Positions 1-9,877 of a stretch of DNA of 34,965 bases are shown piece after piece. Position 1 is the stretch's first letter; every line of letters starts with the position of its first letter. The stretch lies in assembly GCF_001194135.2 (NCBI RefSeq), contig NC_068990.1, positions 14,785,817 to 14,820,781 of the forward strand. Reading direction: 5' to 3'. The DNA comes from Octopus bimaculoides. Its lineage: Eukaryota. A program made the position numbers and the translations under genes. Under the pieces are notes generated by a model, which was not told the DNA's origin, did not search any database, and saw only the letters and a list, made by a program, of their open reading frames with translations.

Positions 1-220
1 TTGAACAAAACTGTACAAATCCAAATATATGGTACCCTAGGCATAACACCTACATGAACTTCTAACTTGTTGTCTCTTGAGGTCTCTGGGTGAGACTTGG
101 ATCCAACTTGTATAAATGCAAAACAAAAGTCAAACATAAAATTATAATAATAATAATAACGACAACAACAACATCAAAATATACCTTAGGAATGAGAACC
201 CAGGTTCGAAATTTCCCCAA

Positions 221-266
221 GACACCTGATGAAGGCTGGAGGGTATATCAGCGAAAACGTTGTGTT
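221..266 (+). ncRNA. Degenerate minimal type I hammerhead ribozyme motif (Penelope-like LTR type)
   Basis: GACAC(221-225) CTGATGA(226-232) AG GCTG(235-238) loop CAGC(249-252) GAAA(253-256) ACGTT GTGTT(262-266). Stem I GACAC/GUGUU, stem II GCUG/CAGC, palindromic AACGTT at stem III. One extra base on each side of stem II suggests an inactive copy. Confidence 0.5.
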
Positions 267-399
267 AACAAACAAGATGATGACAAATATCCGTCAAATA
301 TAAATAATGTACATAATTCCTCATCTCTTAAATATAGAACTGAATTTCAATTATGTTTGAAACTGTCCATGCTTTTACTATGATAATTATCATCATTAT

Positions 400-580
400 C
401 TTAGTCTTTCTATTATGGGCACTAGGGCTGAAATGGGGCTAGTCGATTACGTCAGCTTCAGTGCCCAACTGGTACTCATTTCATCCCCAAAAGGATGAAC
501 AACAAAATTGACCTCGGTAGAATTTGAACTCAGAGCATAAAGAGCCGGAAGAGATGCTGCTAGGCATTTCGTCCGGTTGC
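400..580 (-). mobile_element. tRNA-derived SINE family 1, decayed, 5' end missing
   Basis: Reverse complement matches the copies at 2565 and 3062 (GAGTTCAAATT B-box, TTCATCCTTT body, CGACT plus tail). Confidence 0.8.
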
Positions 581-702
581 AGAATCGTTAACATGGAAAT
601 ATTAGAAAGAAAGAATATTACCTGAACAGCGATTGCTTTAACCGCATTATATAACTCAAGATACTCAAGGGTGGAAAGTAGGCAAAAACCTACATCCTCA
701 CA

Positions 703-869
703 CACTTCGCTTGACAACCGATGCGGGTGTGTTTACGTCCCCGTAACTTAGCGATAGAATAAGTACTAGGTTTACAAAGAATAAGTCCTGGGGTCGATTT
801 GCTCGACTAAGGGCGGTGCCCCAGCATGGCCGCAGTCAAATGACTGAAACAAGTAAAAGAGTAAAAGAG
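703..869 (+). mobile_element. SINE family 2, 3' half
   Basis: Near-identical to 33860-34042 apart from an internal deletion; ends GACTGAAACAAGTAAAAGAGTAAAAGAG. Confidence 0.9.
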
Positions 870-891
870 TAATATATATTTCTCTACATAT

Positions 892-936
<45 letters not shown>

Positions 937-1133
937 ACGAGTGAATGAGAATAACGACGAAGGGTTAAAAAAGCGCAAAAAAAACCTGAAAGTAAAATAA
1001 AATTGAAGCCAAAACATTAAAAATTATTGAAAGTGGGTAGAAATAAACACTACGCAGTGTAGTAGTAGTAGTAGTAGTAGTAGTAGTACCCTAGCGTATC
1101 TGTAGAAAGTTGAGTGTGATTTCGGAATATAAC

Positions 1134-1408
1134 GAGGAAAAATTCGGATCTTGGGAATTTACCGAAAGTCCTCTCCCTACCTCAAGATTTTCCCCACAAA
1201 TTACTTTATAGTCATAATGTATGCCGTTTCAAAGGTATTTATATAAATTTCATTGAAAAAAAACTCATTTTCCTAAAAGTTATGAGGGAAAAACTCGGAT
1301 TTTGTGAATTTTCCGAAGTCCTCTCCCCACCCCCTTGGAAAAGATTATCCCCACAAATTTCTTTATAATCGTAACGTATGGCTTTTGAAAAGTATTTCTA
1401 TAAAATTT
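1134..1408. repeat. Diverged ~150 bp tandem repeat, at least 1.8 units, running into a gap
   Basis: Units start GAGGAAAAATTCGGATC (1134) and GAGGGAAAAACTCGGATT (1284) and share AGTCCTCTCCC and CCCCACAAATT. Confidence 0.8.
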
Positions 1409-2125
1409 NNNNNNNNNNNNNNNNNNNNNNNNNNNNNNNNNNNNNNNNNNNNNNNNNNNNNNNNNNNNNNNNNNNNNNNNNNNNNNNNNNNNNNNNNNNN
1501 NNNNNNNNNNNNNNNNNNNNNNNNNNNNNNNNNNNNNNNNNNNNNNNNNNNNNNNNNNNNNNNNNNNNNNNNNNNNNNNNNNNNNNNNNNNNNNNNNNNN
1601 NNNNNNNNNNNNNNNNNNNNNNNNNNNNNNNNNNNNNNNNNNNNNNNNNNNNNNNNNNNNNNNNNNNNNNNNNNNNNNNNNNNNNNNNNNNNNNNNNNNN
1701 NNNNNNNNNNNNNNNNNNNNNNNNNNNNNNNNNNNNNNNNNNNNNNNNNNNNNNNNNNNNNNNNNNNNNNNNNNNNNNNNNNNNNNNNNNNNNNNNNNNN
1801 NNNNNNNNNNNNNNNNNNNNNNNNNNNNNNNNNNNNNNNNNNNNNNNNNNNNNNNNNNNNNNNNNNNNNNNNNNNNNNNNNNNNNNNNNNNNNNNNNNNN
1901 NNNNNNNNNNNNNNNNNNNNNNNNNNNNNNNNNNNNNNNNNNNNNNNNNNNNNNNNNNNNNNNNNNNNNNNNNNNNNNNNNNNNNNNNNNNNNNNNNNNN
2001 NNNNNNNNNNNNNNNNNNNNNNNNNNNNNNNNNNNNNNNNNNNNNNNNNNNNNNNNNNNNNNNNNNNNNNNNNNNNNNNNNNNNNNNNNNNNNNNNNNNN
2101 NNNNNNNNNNNNNNNNNNNNNNNNN

Positions 2126-2440
2126 GGGTAAAACAGCAAATTTAAAAAGAAAAAAGTAAATAAAACGAAGAAAAAAAAAAGAAAATGAAAAAAGCAAATA
2201 AAACGAAGTTATGGCTTAATCAGCCAAAGGAGTAAATGTAAACAACTGAATACTTGTCAGTGATTGGTTGAAATTATCGAAATAAGACAATTTTTCACAT
2301 GAAATAAATTCGAATACAAAAATATTTTTCTGTTCTATAACACAAAATAGATAAGTATACGAAGTTTGAAAGTCTTTCCGTACCAAAAACACTACGTAAA
2401 ACATTAATGAAAAATGTGGCCCCCGTTTTAAAAAAGATCC
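2126..2440 (-). mobile_element. Merlin-like MITE, one end only (other end in gap)
   Basis: Reverse complement of 30607-30900; ends in TIR AAAAATGTGGCCCCCGTTTTAAAAAAGATCC. Confidence 0.85.
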
Positions 2441-2450
2441 CTAAACAGTT

Positions 2451-2520
2451 CTGGAGTCGATGGTTTCGATTAATCTGCACCCCCTCAATATTGCTGGTCT
2501 TTTGCTAAAATTATAAACCA
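2451..2520 (+). mobile_element. SINE family 1, 3' fragment
   Basis: GGAGTCGAT..CGAT..CCCCTCAATATTGCTGG tail, as in the copy at 2565-2770. Confidence 0.7.
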
Positions 2521-2564
2521 TTATTATTATTAGTTGTTGTTGTTGTTGTCGTTGTTGTTATTCA

Positions 2565-2770
2565 GGCGGTGAGCTGGGAGAATCGTTACCGCGCCGGACA
2601 AAATGTTTAACACCATTTTTCCGACTTTACATTCTGAGTTAAAATGCCGCCGGGGTCGACTTTGCCTTTCATCCTTTCTGAGTCGATAAAATAAGTACCA
2701 GTTGAACAGTGAGGTCGATGTAATCGACTAGTCCCCTCCCTCAATATTGCTGGCCCTGTGCCAAAATTAT
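2565..2770 (+). mobile_element. SINE family 1, full length, tail variant a
   Basis: GGCGGTGAGCTGG head with A-box-like and B-box-like motifs; body GTCGACTTTGCCTTTCATCCTTT..GTCGATAAAATAAGTACCAG. Confidence 0.9.
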
Positions 2771-2772
2771 TG

Positions 2773-2975
2773 CCGGGCGAAATGCTTAGCGGTATTTCGT
2801 CTGCAGTTATGTTCTGAGTTCAAATTCCACCGAGGTCGACTTTTCCTTTCATCCTTTCGGGGTCGATTAAATAAGTACCAGTCACGTACTGGGGTCGATG
2901 TAATCGACTTAATCCATTTGTCTGTCCTTGTTTGTCCCCTCTATGTTTAGCTCCCTGTGGGCAATACAGAAATAA

Positions 2976-3050
<75 letters not shown>

Positions 3051-3058
3051 GTTATTAT
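2773..3058 (+). mobile_element. SINE family 1, 5'-truncated, tail variant b, followed by (TTA)n
   Basis: Same body; tail GTCCTTGTTTGTCCCCTCTATGTTTAGCTCCCTGTGGGCAATA then about 26 TTA units. Confidence 0.9.
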
Positions 3059-3061
3059 TTA

Positions 3062-3280
3062 GGCGGCGAGCTGGCAGAACCGTAAGTAAACCGAGCGAAA
3101 TGCTTCGCGATATTTCGTCTGCCGCTACGTTCTGAATTCAAATTCTGCTGAGATCGACTTTGCCTTTCATCCTTTCGGGGTCGATAAATTAAGTACCAGT
3201 GAAACACTGGGGACGATGTAATCGACTATCCTCCTCCCCCAAATTTCAGGCCTTGTGCCAATAGTAGAAAGGATTATTAT
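3062..3280 (+). mobile_element. SINE family 1, full length, tail variant c
   Basis: GGCGGCGAGCTGGCAGAA head; tail CCCCAAATTTCAGGCCTTGTGCCAATAGTAGAAAGGATT. Confidence 0.9.
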
Positions 3281-3482
3281 TATTATTGTTGTTGTTTAAC
3301 TGCCTTCGTCGATGTTATTGCTGGTCTCGTGCGAGAAATTGAAACAATCATCATCATCATCATCATTTTGTAAATAGCTTAGTTTCTGAGCATTTGTTGT
3401 GTATCTTATCTATAAAAGGCAGATTTTCTGTGTGTGTATATGTTTAAAATTCATTCATTTACACAATTCCAAATTTCTTGGA

Positions 3483-3517
<35 letters not shown>

Positions 3518-4570
3518 NNNNNNNNNNNNNNNNNNNNNNNNNNNNNNNNNNNNNNNNNNNNNNNNNNNNNNNNNNNNNNNNNNNNNNNNNNNNNNNNNNN
3601 NNNNNNNNNNNNNNNNNNNNNNNNNNNNNNNNNNNNNNNNNNNNNNNNNNNNNNNNNNNNNNNNNNNNNNNNNNNNNNNNNNNNNNNNNNNNNNNNNNNN
3701 NNNNNNNNNNNNNNNNNNNNNNNNNNNNNNNNNNNNNNNNNNNNNNNNNNNNNNNNNNNNNNNNNNNNNNNNNNNNNNNNNNNNNNNNNNNNNNNNNNNN
3801 NNNNNNNNNNNNNNNNNNNNNNNNNNNNNNNNNNNNNNNNNNNNNNNNNNNNNNNNNNNNNNNNNNNNNNNNNNNNNNNNNNNNNNNNNNNNNNNNNNNN
3901 NNNNNNNNNNNNNNNNNNNNNNNNNNNNNNNNNNNNNNNNNNNNNNNNNNNNNNNNNNNNNNNNNNNNNNNNNNNNNNNNNNNNNNNNNNNNNNNNNNNN
4001 NNNNNNNNNNNNNNNNNNNNNNNNNNNNNNNNNNNNNNNNNNNNNNNNNNNNNNNNNNNNNNNAGCGTCAGACAGCTATTCCGTCCCAGAAAAATACTTC
4101 TTCAATATTTGGCGGAGTTCTGATCGAAGCCCACCATTCAGCCCGAACCTACCATTCAATTAATCATGACTTTTTTTATTTTTTGGTATTTTCACAAAAT
4201 TTTCACGAATTTGTTGTGTTCTACACACTATATCTTGTATGATTGTGCAAAAATATTTAAAACATTGTTTTTCATCCCTTCCTCAAATCCTAAAATTTTT
4301 AGGGAAAGAGATGTTTGGCTGGTGAGTAGGGGGTTCTTACAATGAAGATATGTTACGAAGAGTTCATTTTGATTTAGGGGCATGTAAGAGAAACGTCGTC
4401 TGTAGTAGTCATAACTGATGTTTCACTGTCACTGGATTCAATAAACTGAAACCAACAGCAAATGGGGAATGTACAAAAACTAACTGGATTATCTTATAAA
4501 AGAAATCTATAAGATCCTACTTCTTTACATTAACCTTTTCGTTTTGGTCATTTAGGGGAGTCAAGTTCTT

Positions 4571-4848
4571 GGATCTTGTTCAAAACGGGGTCACCAGTTT
4601 TCATTAATGTTTTATGTAGTGTTTTTGGTACCGAAAGACTTTCAAACTTCGTATACTTATCTATTTTGTGTTATAGAACAGAAAAAAAATTTTGTATTCG
4701 GATTTATTTCATGTAAAAAATTGTCTTATTTCGATAATTTCAACCAATCACTGACAAGTATTCAGCTGTTTACAGTTACTCCTAAGCGGTGTAAAGCGTA
4801 TTTAATCTCCATAAGAAAATACTGGTGCCCCCGTTTTGAACAAGATCC
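4571..4848. mobile_element. Merlin-like MITE, 278 bp internal deletion derivative
   Basis: TIR GGATCTTGTTCAAAACGGGG(T/G)CACCAGT at both ends; perfect 8 bp TSD AAGTTCTT (4563-4570 and 4849-4856). Confidence 0.9.
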
Positions 4849-5471
4849 AAGTTCTTTTTATGCCATTCACCATTATTGTTGATTTCATTTTCATTTATAT
4901 TTTACCCAATATGGCTGCAAAACAAAAGATCGCCTTAATTTTTTGAATATAATCTATGATTTTGTTTTCTATTAATATATTTCGATTTTTAAAAAAATAT
5001 TTTTAAATGTTTCTGTCATTAATTTTTTGATGTACTACAGTTTGTTATTACTGTTATTTTTGTCTTGTTTTTTTTTTTTTTTTTTTTTTTAAAGGAAGTA
5101 TAGTTTTATCTGATGTTGCTTACCATATTATTTCCACTTTTGCAAAAATTTCACAGATGGCAGTGGTTTAGAACCTGTTACTGTTGCTGGAGCTATCCTT
5201 CGACTTTCTCTTCTAGTTTTGCTAATTGTTCTTTCAGATTGTTTATGCCCACCAATTTTTAACTACCTCTGCCAAACATTAGTTATTTTAGCAGTTGTCT
5301 ACTACTATAAGTACCTGACCATAAATAGGTGGATGTATAAAAAATGAAAAAAAATTGAAACAAACAAATAAATAAATAAGCTCAAGGATCATAATTAATA
5401 GCAAGACATCTTAATTGCAATCCAGCCCTACGAGGAAGAGTACCACGTTCAAACCATGTGTCTTTCCTCAC

Positions 5472-5557
5472 CGACACAGACTCCATGCATTCTCAGCTCG
5501 AGCATCGCCAGTCCATAGTTTTTTGTGTGTTTTTTCGGTTTGTCAACACGTGCTTTC
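5472..5557 (-). other. Candidate exon, 86 nt, gene unknown
   Basis: Minus-strand acceptor CTCTTTTATCTGCAG|G and donor TCG|GTGAGG; one open frame KARVDKPKKHTKNYGLAMLELRMHGVCV; lies next to the X-boxes. No homology recognised. Confidence 0.3.
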
Positions 5558-5585
5558 CTGCAGATAAAAGAGTTCTCGGTTGCTT

Positions 5586-5692
5586 GTTACTATGTAAACA
5601 GGCACATACTTTCTCGCAGACAAAAGAGTTCTCATGTTTCGCTTGTTACCATGGAAACAGGCATGAATGCGTTTATGACTTACGATTGGCTA
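5586..5692. promoter_or_regulatory. Two RFX X-boxes plus a CCAAT (NF-Y) box
   Basis: GTTACTATGTAAAC (5586-5599), GTTACCATGGAAAC (5645-5658, matches the GTTNCCATGGNAAC consensus), GATTGGCTA (5684-5692); another TAGCCAAT at 5776-5783. Confidence 0.55.
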
Positions 5693-6129
5693 AAATTACC
5701 AAAAGTTTCAACCTTTAATTGCTAATAACTCTTTATTTATTGATTTACAGCGAAAATGATTTTCACATCATTCATTAGCCAATAAAAGTGTATCATTACA
5801 CTGAATATGAAATTAGTTCGAACAGAATTGATGCTGGCAGCCAAATCGAGTAGATCCATGACAGCTAAATCTCCCTCAAATCATACACCGCCTTCCTAGA
5901 AAAAGTACAATGGTTAATGTGATCCTATTTGCACTATAATTCTAATATAAAAATAAATAAATAAATAAATAAAGTGAGACAGGATTGTTACAGTTGGAAT
6001 GCTTTTGATCGTCTGCCTACTCGGCCAGGACTGAACTGGCTCTAAACAATAAAAATAACGATTAGAAATAACACAATTTCATCCCTTTTCTTTCCCCCAC
6101 CTTCCATCCTTTTCCCTATTTGCTCAGTT

Positions 6130-6131
6130 CT

Positions 6132-6205
<74 letters not shown>

Positions 6206-6387
6206 TCTCTTTCACTCTATCTCATTCCTACTTTCCTTCCTGCTTTATTTCTTCGTCTTCTTTTCTTTTGGTCCTTTTTTTCTTTACTTCTGTAAACAAA
6301 TGCTGGTGGCAGAAAGTGTGAGAGAAAGAGAGGTGGGTGATGAGACTAATAAGACAAGGAAGGAGAGATTCTGTGTGTGCGTGTGTG

Positions 6388-6439
<52 letters not shown>

Positions 6440-6440
6440 G
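6130..6440. repeat. (CT)n, (GA)n and (GACA)n microsatellite cluster
   Basis: Visible directly; accounts for ORF 6120-6467. Confidence 0.95.
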
Positions 6441-6897
6441 AGTGAGTTTGTGAATGCAGAAGTATGAGTGAGTCAGTGTGACAACAAACAGAAATAAAAG
6501 TAAACATTAACATTAACAGAAACAAGAATGACAGGGAGTGGACAAGCCTTTCCTCTCATTTTAGCAGTATCGTACTTGAAAACGATTTAGCTTCAAGTAA
6601 AACGCCTAAGCAAGCGTACGTTCATTACACAAAGAAGACGATTTGTATTAATCGTTCTGAGTCTTTGGCAACCGTTGAGTGAACCAGGTTCCATTGACGA
6701 GGTCTAATAAGTGTAAACATGGCTGGAGTTGTTGGCCATGTATTCAAAGGTCAAGCACACTTCCCCACCATATGAAAATCTCTATTTGATTTTTAATTGA
6801 TTGAAAGTTCGATAGTTCCCCTCCTGCCCTTTCTGAGAATAATTTTCATCAACGACTGATGTTTTTTCAACCTAACTAGGGTTATAATTTCAACCAC

Positions 6898-7150
6898 TGA
6901 TCTAATAAATAGAAACATTATTATGATCTAATAAATAGAAACATTATTATCTCTAAATCTCTCAAAGAAAGATAGTTAGTAACAGTACTTTAAAGTAAAG
7001 ACTATTTGCCAACATAATGTGGCAGTCCTGGATGGGACGAATGTTATTGTTGTTTAGTCCCTGGAAACGTCGTTTCCAGCTGGCTATACGTCACAATATC
7101 TGTGTCCTTATATTTTCGAACAGGAGAGCTCCAGCACAAAGCAACATATT
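6898..7150 (+). repeat. Dispersed repeat 'F' with a 26 bp tandem duplication at its start
   Basis: Homologous to 29125-29280 and to the reverse complement of 29430-29645 (TTTAAAGTAAA..TTGCCAACATAAT..GGCAGTCC; GCTGGCTATACG..ATCTGTGTCCTTATATTTTCGAA). 6898-6923 is repeated at 6924-6949. Confidence 0.8.
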
Positions 7151-7555
7151 TATTTTCTAATTATTCTCTTTGCAATACACTTATTCATTCTACAGATTCC
7201 GATGCTATTTCCAAAGGTAATTTTCCATATCTTAATCTCAAACTGTTTTCTACCTTTGGGTTTTATTATACTTTGTATAGTTTGTATTATACTTTCTAAC
7301 AAAAAAACACACGAATTAAATCGTTCATATGGTCCAAGTTTTTCTCTTTTATGAATGCTCTTTCATGCGCTTACTTAAATAAATAGCCATTCACTGAATA
7401 CAATACCTTCTAAACGCAGCGTTTTCAGTCAATTATAGATTTACATCTAGAGCAGATGGCTTTGTATGAATTTAGGTGCTTTTGAAAAACATACGCTTCA
7501 TCTTAGTCACCAGTAGTTTTCAAGATTTGCCCAAAGAAGAGGAACAAGAAGCAAA

Positions 7556-7619
<64 letters not shown>

Positions 7620-7739
7620 AAGACTTACTTGCAAATGGACGCGTAGCGTTCGATGATATAATAATACAAAGAATATGTATGCATGTATACCCACATATAT
7701 GTACATACTTACATCTACATGTGTATATAGATGCATATC

Positions 7740-7975
7740 AGGGTGCAGAACGTTAGAAAAATGAACTACAGACAACAGAACGAACACATAGGAAAACAGA
7801 TAGCCACTTGGAATTAATCCTTCGTCAGCTGCCTCTATTCTAACTAGACGTTTCGAAGATAAGGCAGAACGTACTCTAGAATAGTCTCTTCCTGAGTAGT
7901 GGATCGACCCACTAAACAGAGGATTCCAAGGTGGCAAACACAAACCAAGACAAGAAAAAATGGACAATATATACT
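7740..7975 (-). mobile_element. Possible Penelope-like LTR fragment
   Basis: Shares ATCC(C)TTCGTCAGCTG..CTAT and an upstream AAC-rich tract with 18110-18220. The minus strand has CGAAACGTC and CTGACGAAGG, both hammerhead-core-like. Superfamily is inferred. Confidence 0.35.
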
Positions 7976-8351
7976 TTTGTTAATATATTTCTAGACATAC
8001 TTGATAGATCTAACTGAGTAGTCTTCAAGGTCGAAGTGAGCTTGAAAAATGCGTAAAAGAAAACGTTTTAAGGGTTAAAAACGTTTTAAGGTGTTAAAAA
8101 CGTTTAACACCCTGGTTGTTACCTTAACATTTCTTGCATGAAAGTAGGAAGATGCCCAAATATGATATCCCAAGTCTCTTCTTCAAGAAATTCCTACAGA
8201 TGAGGATGGGTATTCTTTGTAAAAGAGTAGAAACCCGGGAATGAAGGCTTACACTGCCACTCTCATTGCACTGTGCAACAAGAAGCTATTACGCATGTAC
8301 ACCTCTCTCGTTCACCCCACTTTCTATATATGGTATAATTTATTGTATAGC

Positions 8352-8397
<46 letters not shown>

Positions 8398-8551
8398 CTA
8401 TACATAAACATATATATATGTACATCCATGAATGTTTGCGTTTATGCATATACGCATGTATCTATCTATCTATCTATATATATATATTTATAGTTGCTAG
8501 TACGCATGTATGCAGATGTATGCATGTAGATGTGTGTGTGTATGTGTGTGA

Positions 8552-8748
8552 GGCGACAAGCTCGCAAAAATCAATAGCACGGCGGACAAAATGCTTAGCG
8601 GGCATTTCTTCCAGCTCATCGCATTTTGAGTTCAAATCCCGCCGAGGTCAACTTTGCCTTTGACCCCTTCAGGGTCGATAAAATAAATTACCGGGGCTTG
8701 GGGGTGGGGGATATAAGCGACTTGACCCACCCCTATTGAATTACTGGC
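8552..8748 (+). mobile_element. SINE family 1, decayed
   Basis: GGCGACAAGCT head, GAGTTCAAATCCC B-box, GTCAACTTTGCCTTT body. Confidence 0.85.
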
Positions 8749-8866
8749 CGTAAAGCCTTCAACTGAGTGGAATGCTTTTATCTCGGTCAATCAAACGTCA
8801 TGGAAATAGGATAACTGGCCTTATTAATCCTTGGGCTCGAGAACAAAAAAATATATACCTCCATGG

Positions 8867-9022
8867 GCTATCTTTCGATTTGATGTGAAGAAACGTCAAG
8901 TAAAAGCACATGGGTTTTGTTTACATCTAATCGGCCAGTTAGGGTTAGGTTTAGCCGATTAGATGTAAACAAAACCCATGTGCTTTTACTTGATATTTCT
9001 TCACATCAAATCGAAAGATAGC
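8867..9022. repeat. Fold-back hairpin with 69 bp arms and a telomere-like loop
   Basis: 8867-8935 is the reverse complement of 8954-9022 with 2 mismatches; loop CAGTTAGGGTTAGGTTTA; right arm runs into a gap. Confidence 0.95.
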
Positions 9023-9536
9023 NNNNNNNNNNNNNNNNNNNNNNNNNNNNNNNNNNNNNNNNNNNNNNNNNNNNNNNNNNNNNNNNNNNNNNNNNNNNNN
9101 NNNNNNNNNNNNNNNNNNNNNNNNNNNNNNNNNNNNNNNNNNNNNNNNNNNNNNNNNNNNNNNNNNNNNNNNNNNNNNNNNNNNNNNNNNNNNNNNNNNN
9201 NNNNNNNNNNNNNNNNNNNNNNNNNNNNNNNNNNNNNNNNNNNNNNNNNNNNNNNNNNNNNNNNNNNNNNNNNNNNNNNNNNNNNNNNNNNNNNNNNNNN
9301 NNNNNNNNNNNNNNNNNNNNNNNNNNNNNNNNNNNNNNNNNNATATATATACACACCAGAGTAAGCACATAAATGCGAAACAAGGTGGAAAAAATAGTAC
9401 TCGAATACCAAAGGTAGAGTAATATGCTTGCTTTATTAAAAAGCAGTCCGACGAACGGGAACGTTAAACTCTGAGTAACAGTTTTTGCGATACTTTTGCT
9501 GCTCTTTAATAAAGTATACACACACACACACACATA

Positions 9537-9620
9537 GGTGAAGGTAAAGAATACGCACACCCGGTGTTTAGGTTAGGGTTAAGGTTACGCCGAAAACGGG
9601 TGGTGTGCGTTACCTCCGCC
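9537..9620. repeat. Short inverted-repeat element with a telomere-like loop
   Basis: GGTGAAGGTA..ACGCACACC CGGTG / CGCCG..GGTGTGCGT TACCTCCGCC; loop TTTAGGTTAGGGTTAAGGTTA (9567-9587); ATA on both flanks; flanked by (CA)n on the left and (TG)n on the right. Confidence 0.8.
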
Positions 9621-9623
9621 ATA

Positions 9624-9710
<87 letters not shown>

Positions 9711-9835
9711 GCGCATATACATACATATATAAATGTATGCATGTATATGTATGTATTTGTATGTATGTATTATATGTATACACGCACACGCACGCATATA
9801 CCCATACACGTACATTCATGCTTTATCTTGGACAT

Positions 9836-9877
9836 ATGGGAAACAGACATTCCGGTCTGGTGACTGCTGACTGCCAG
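9836..9877 (+). other. Candidate first coding exon, MGNRHSGLVTADCQ
   Basis: ATG at 9836 and consensus donor CAG|GTAAGC in phase 0; MGxxxS fits the N-myristoylation pattern. No homology recognised. Confidence 0.25.

Noticed and set aside
4303-4321. Possible 19 nt microexon (TTTTAG|..CTG|GTGAGT) and a nearby RVHF motif
   Set aside because: Short AG..GT pairs are common by chance, and there is no supporting context.
6540-6900. Short open frames on both strands
   Set aside because: Interrupted by stops, with no paired splice sites and no recognisable motif.
8065-8112. AAAACGTTTTAAGG(G/TG)TTA repeated about 2.5 times
   Set aside because: Ordinary short slippage duplication.
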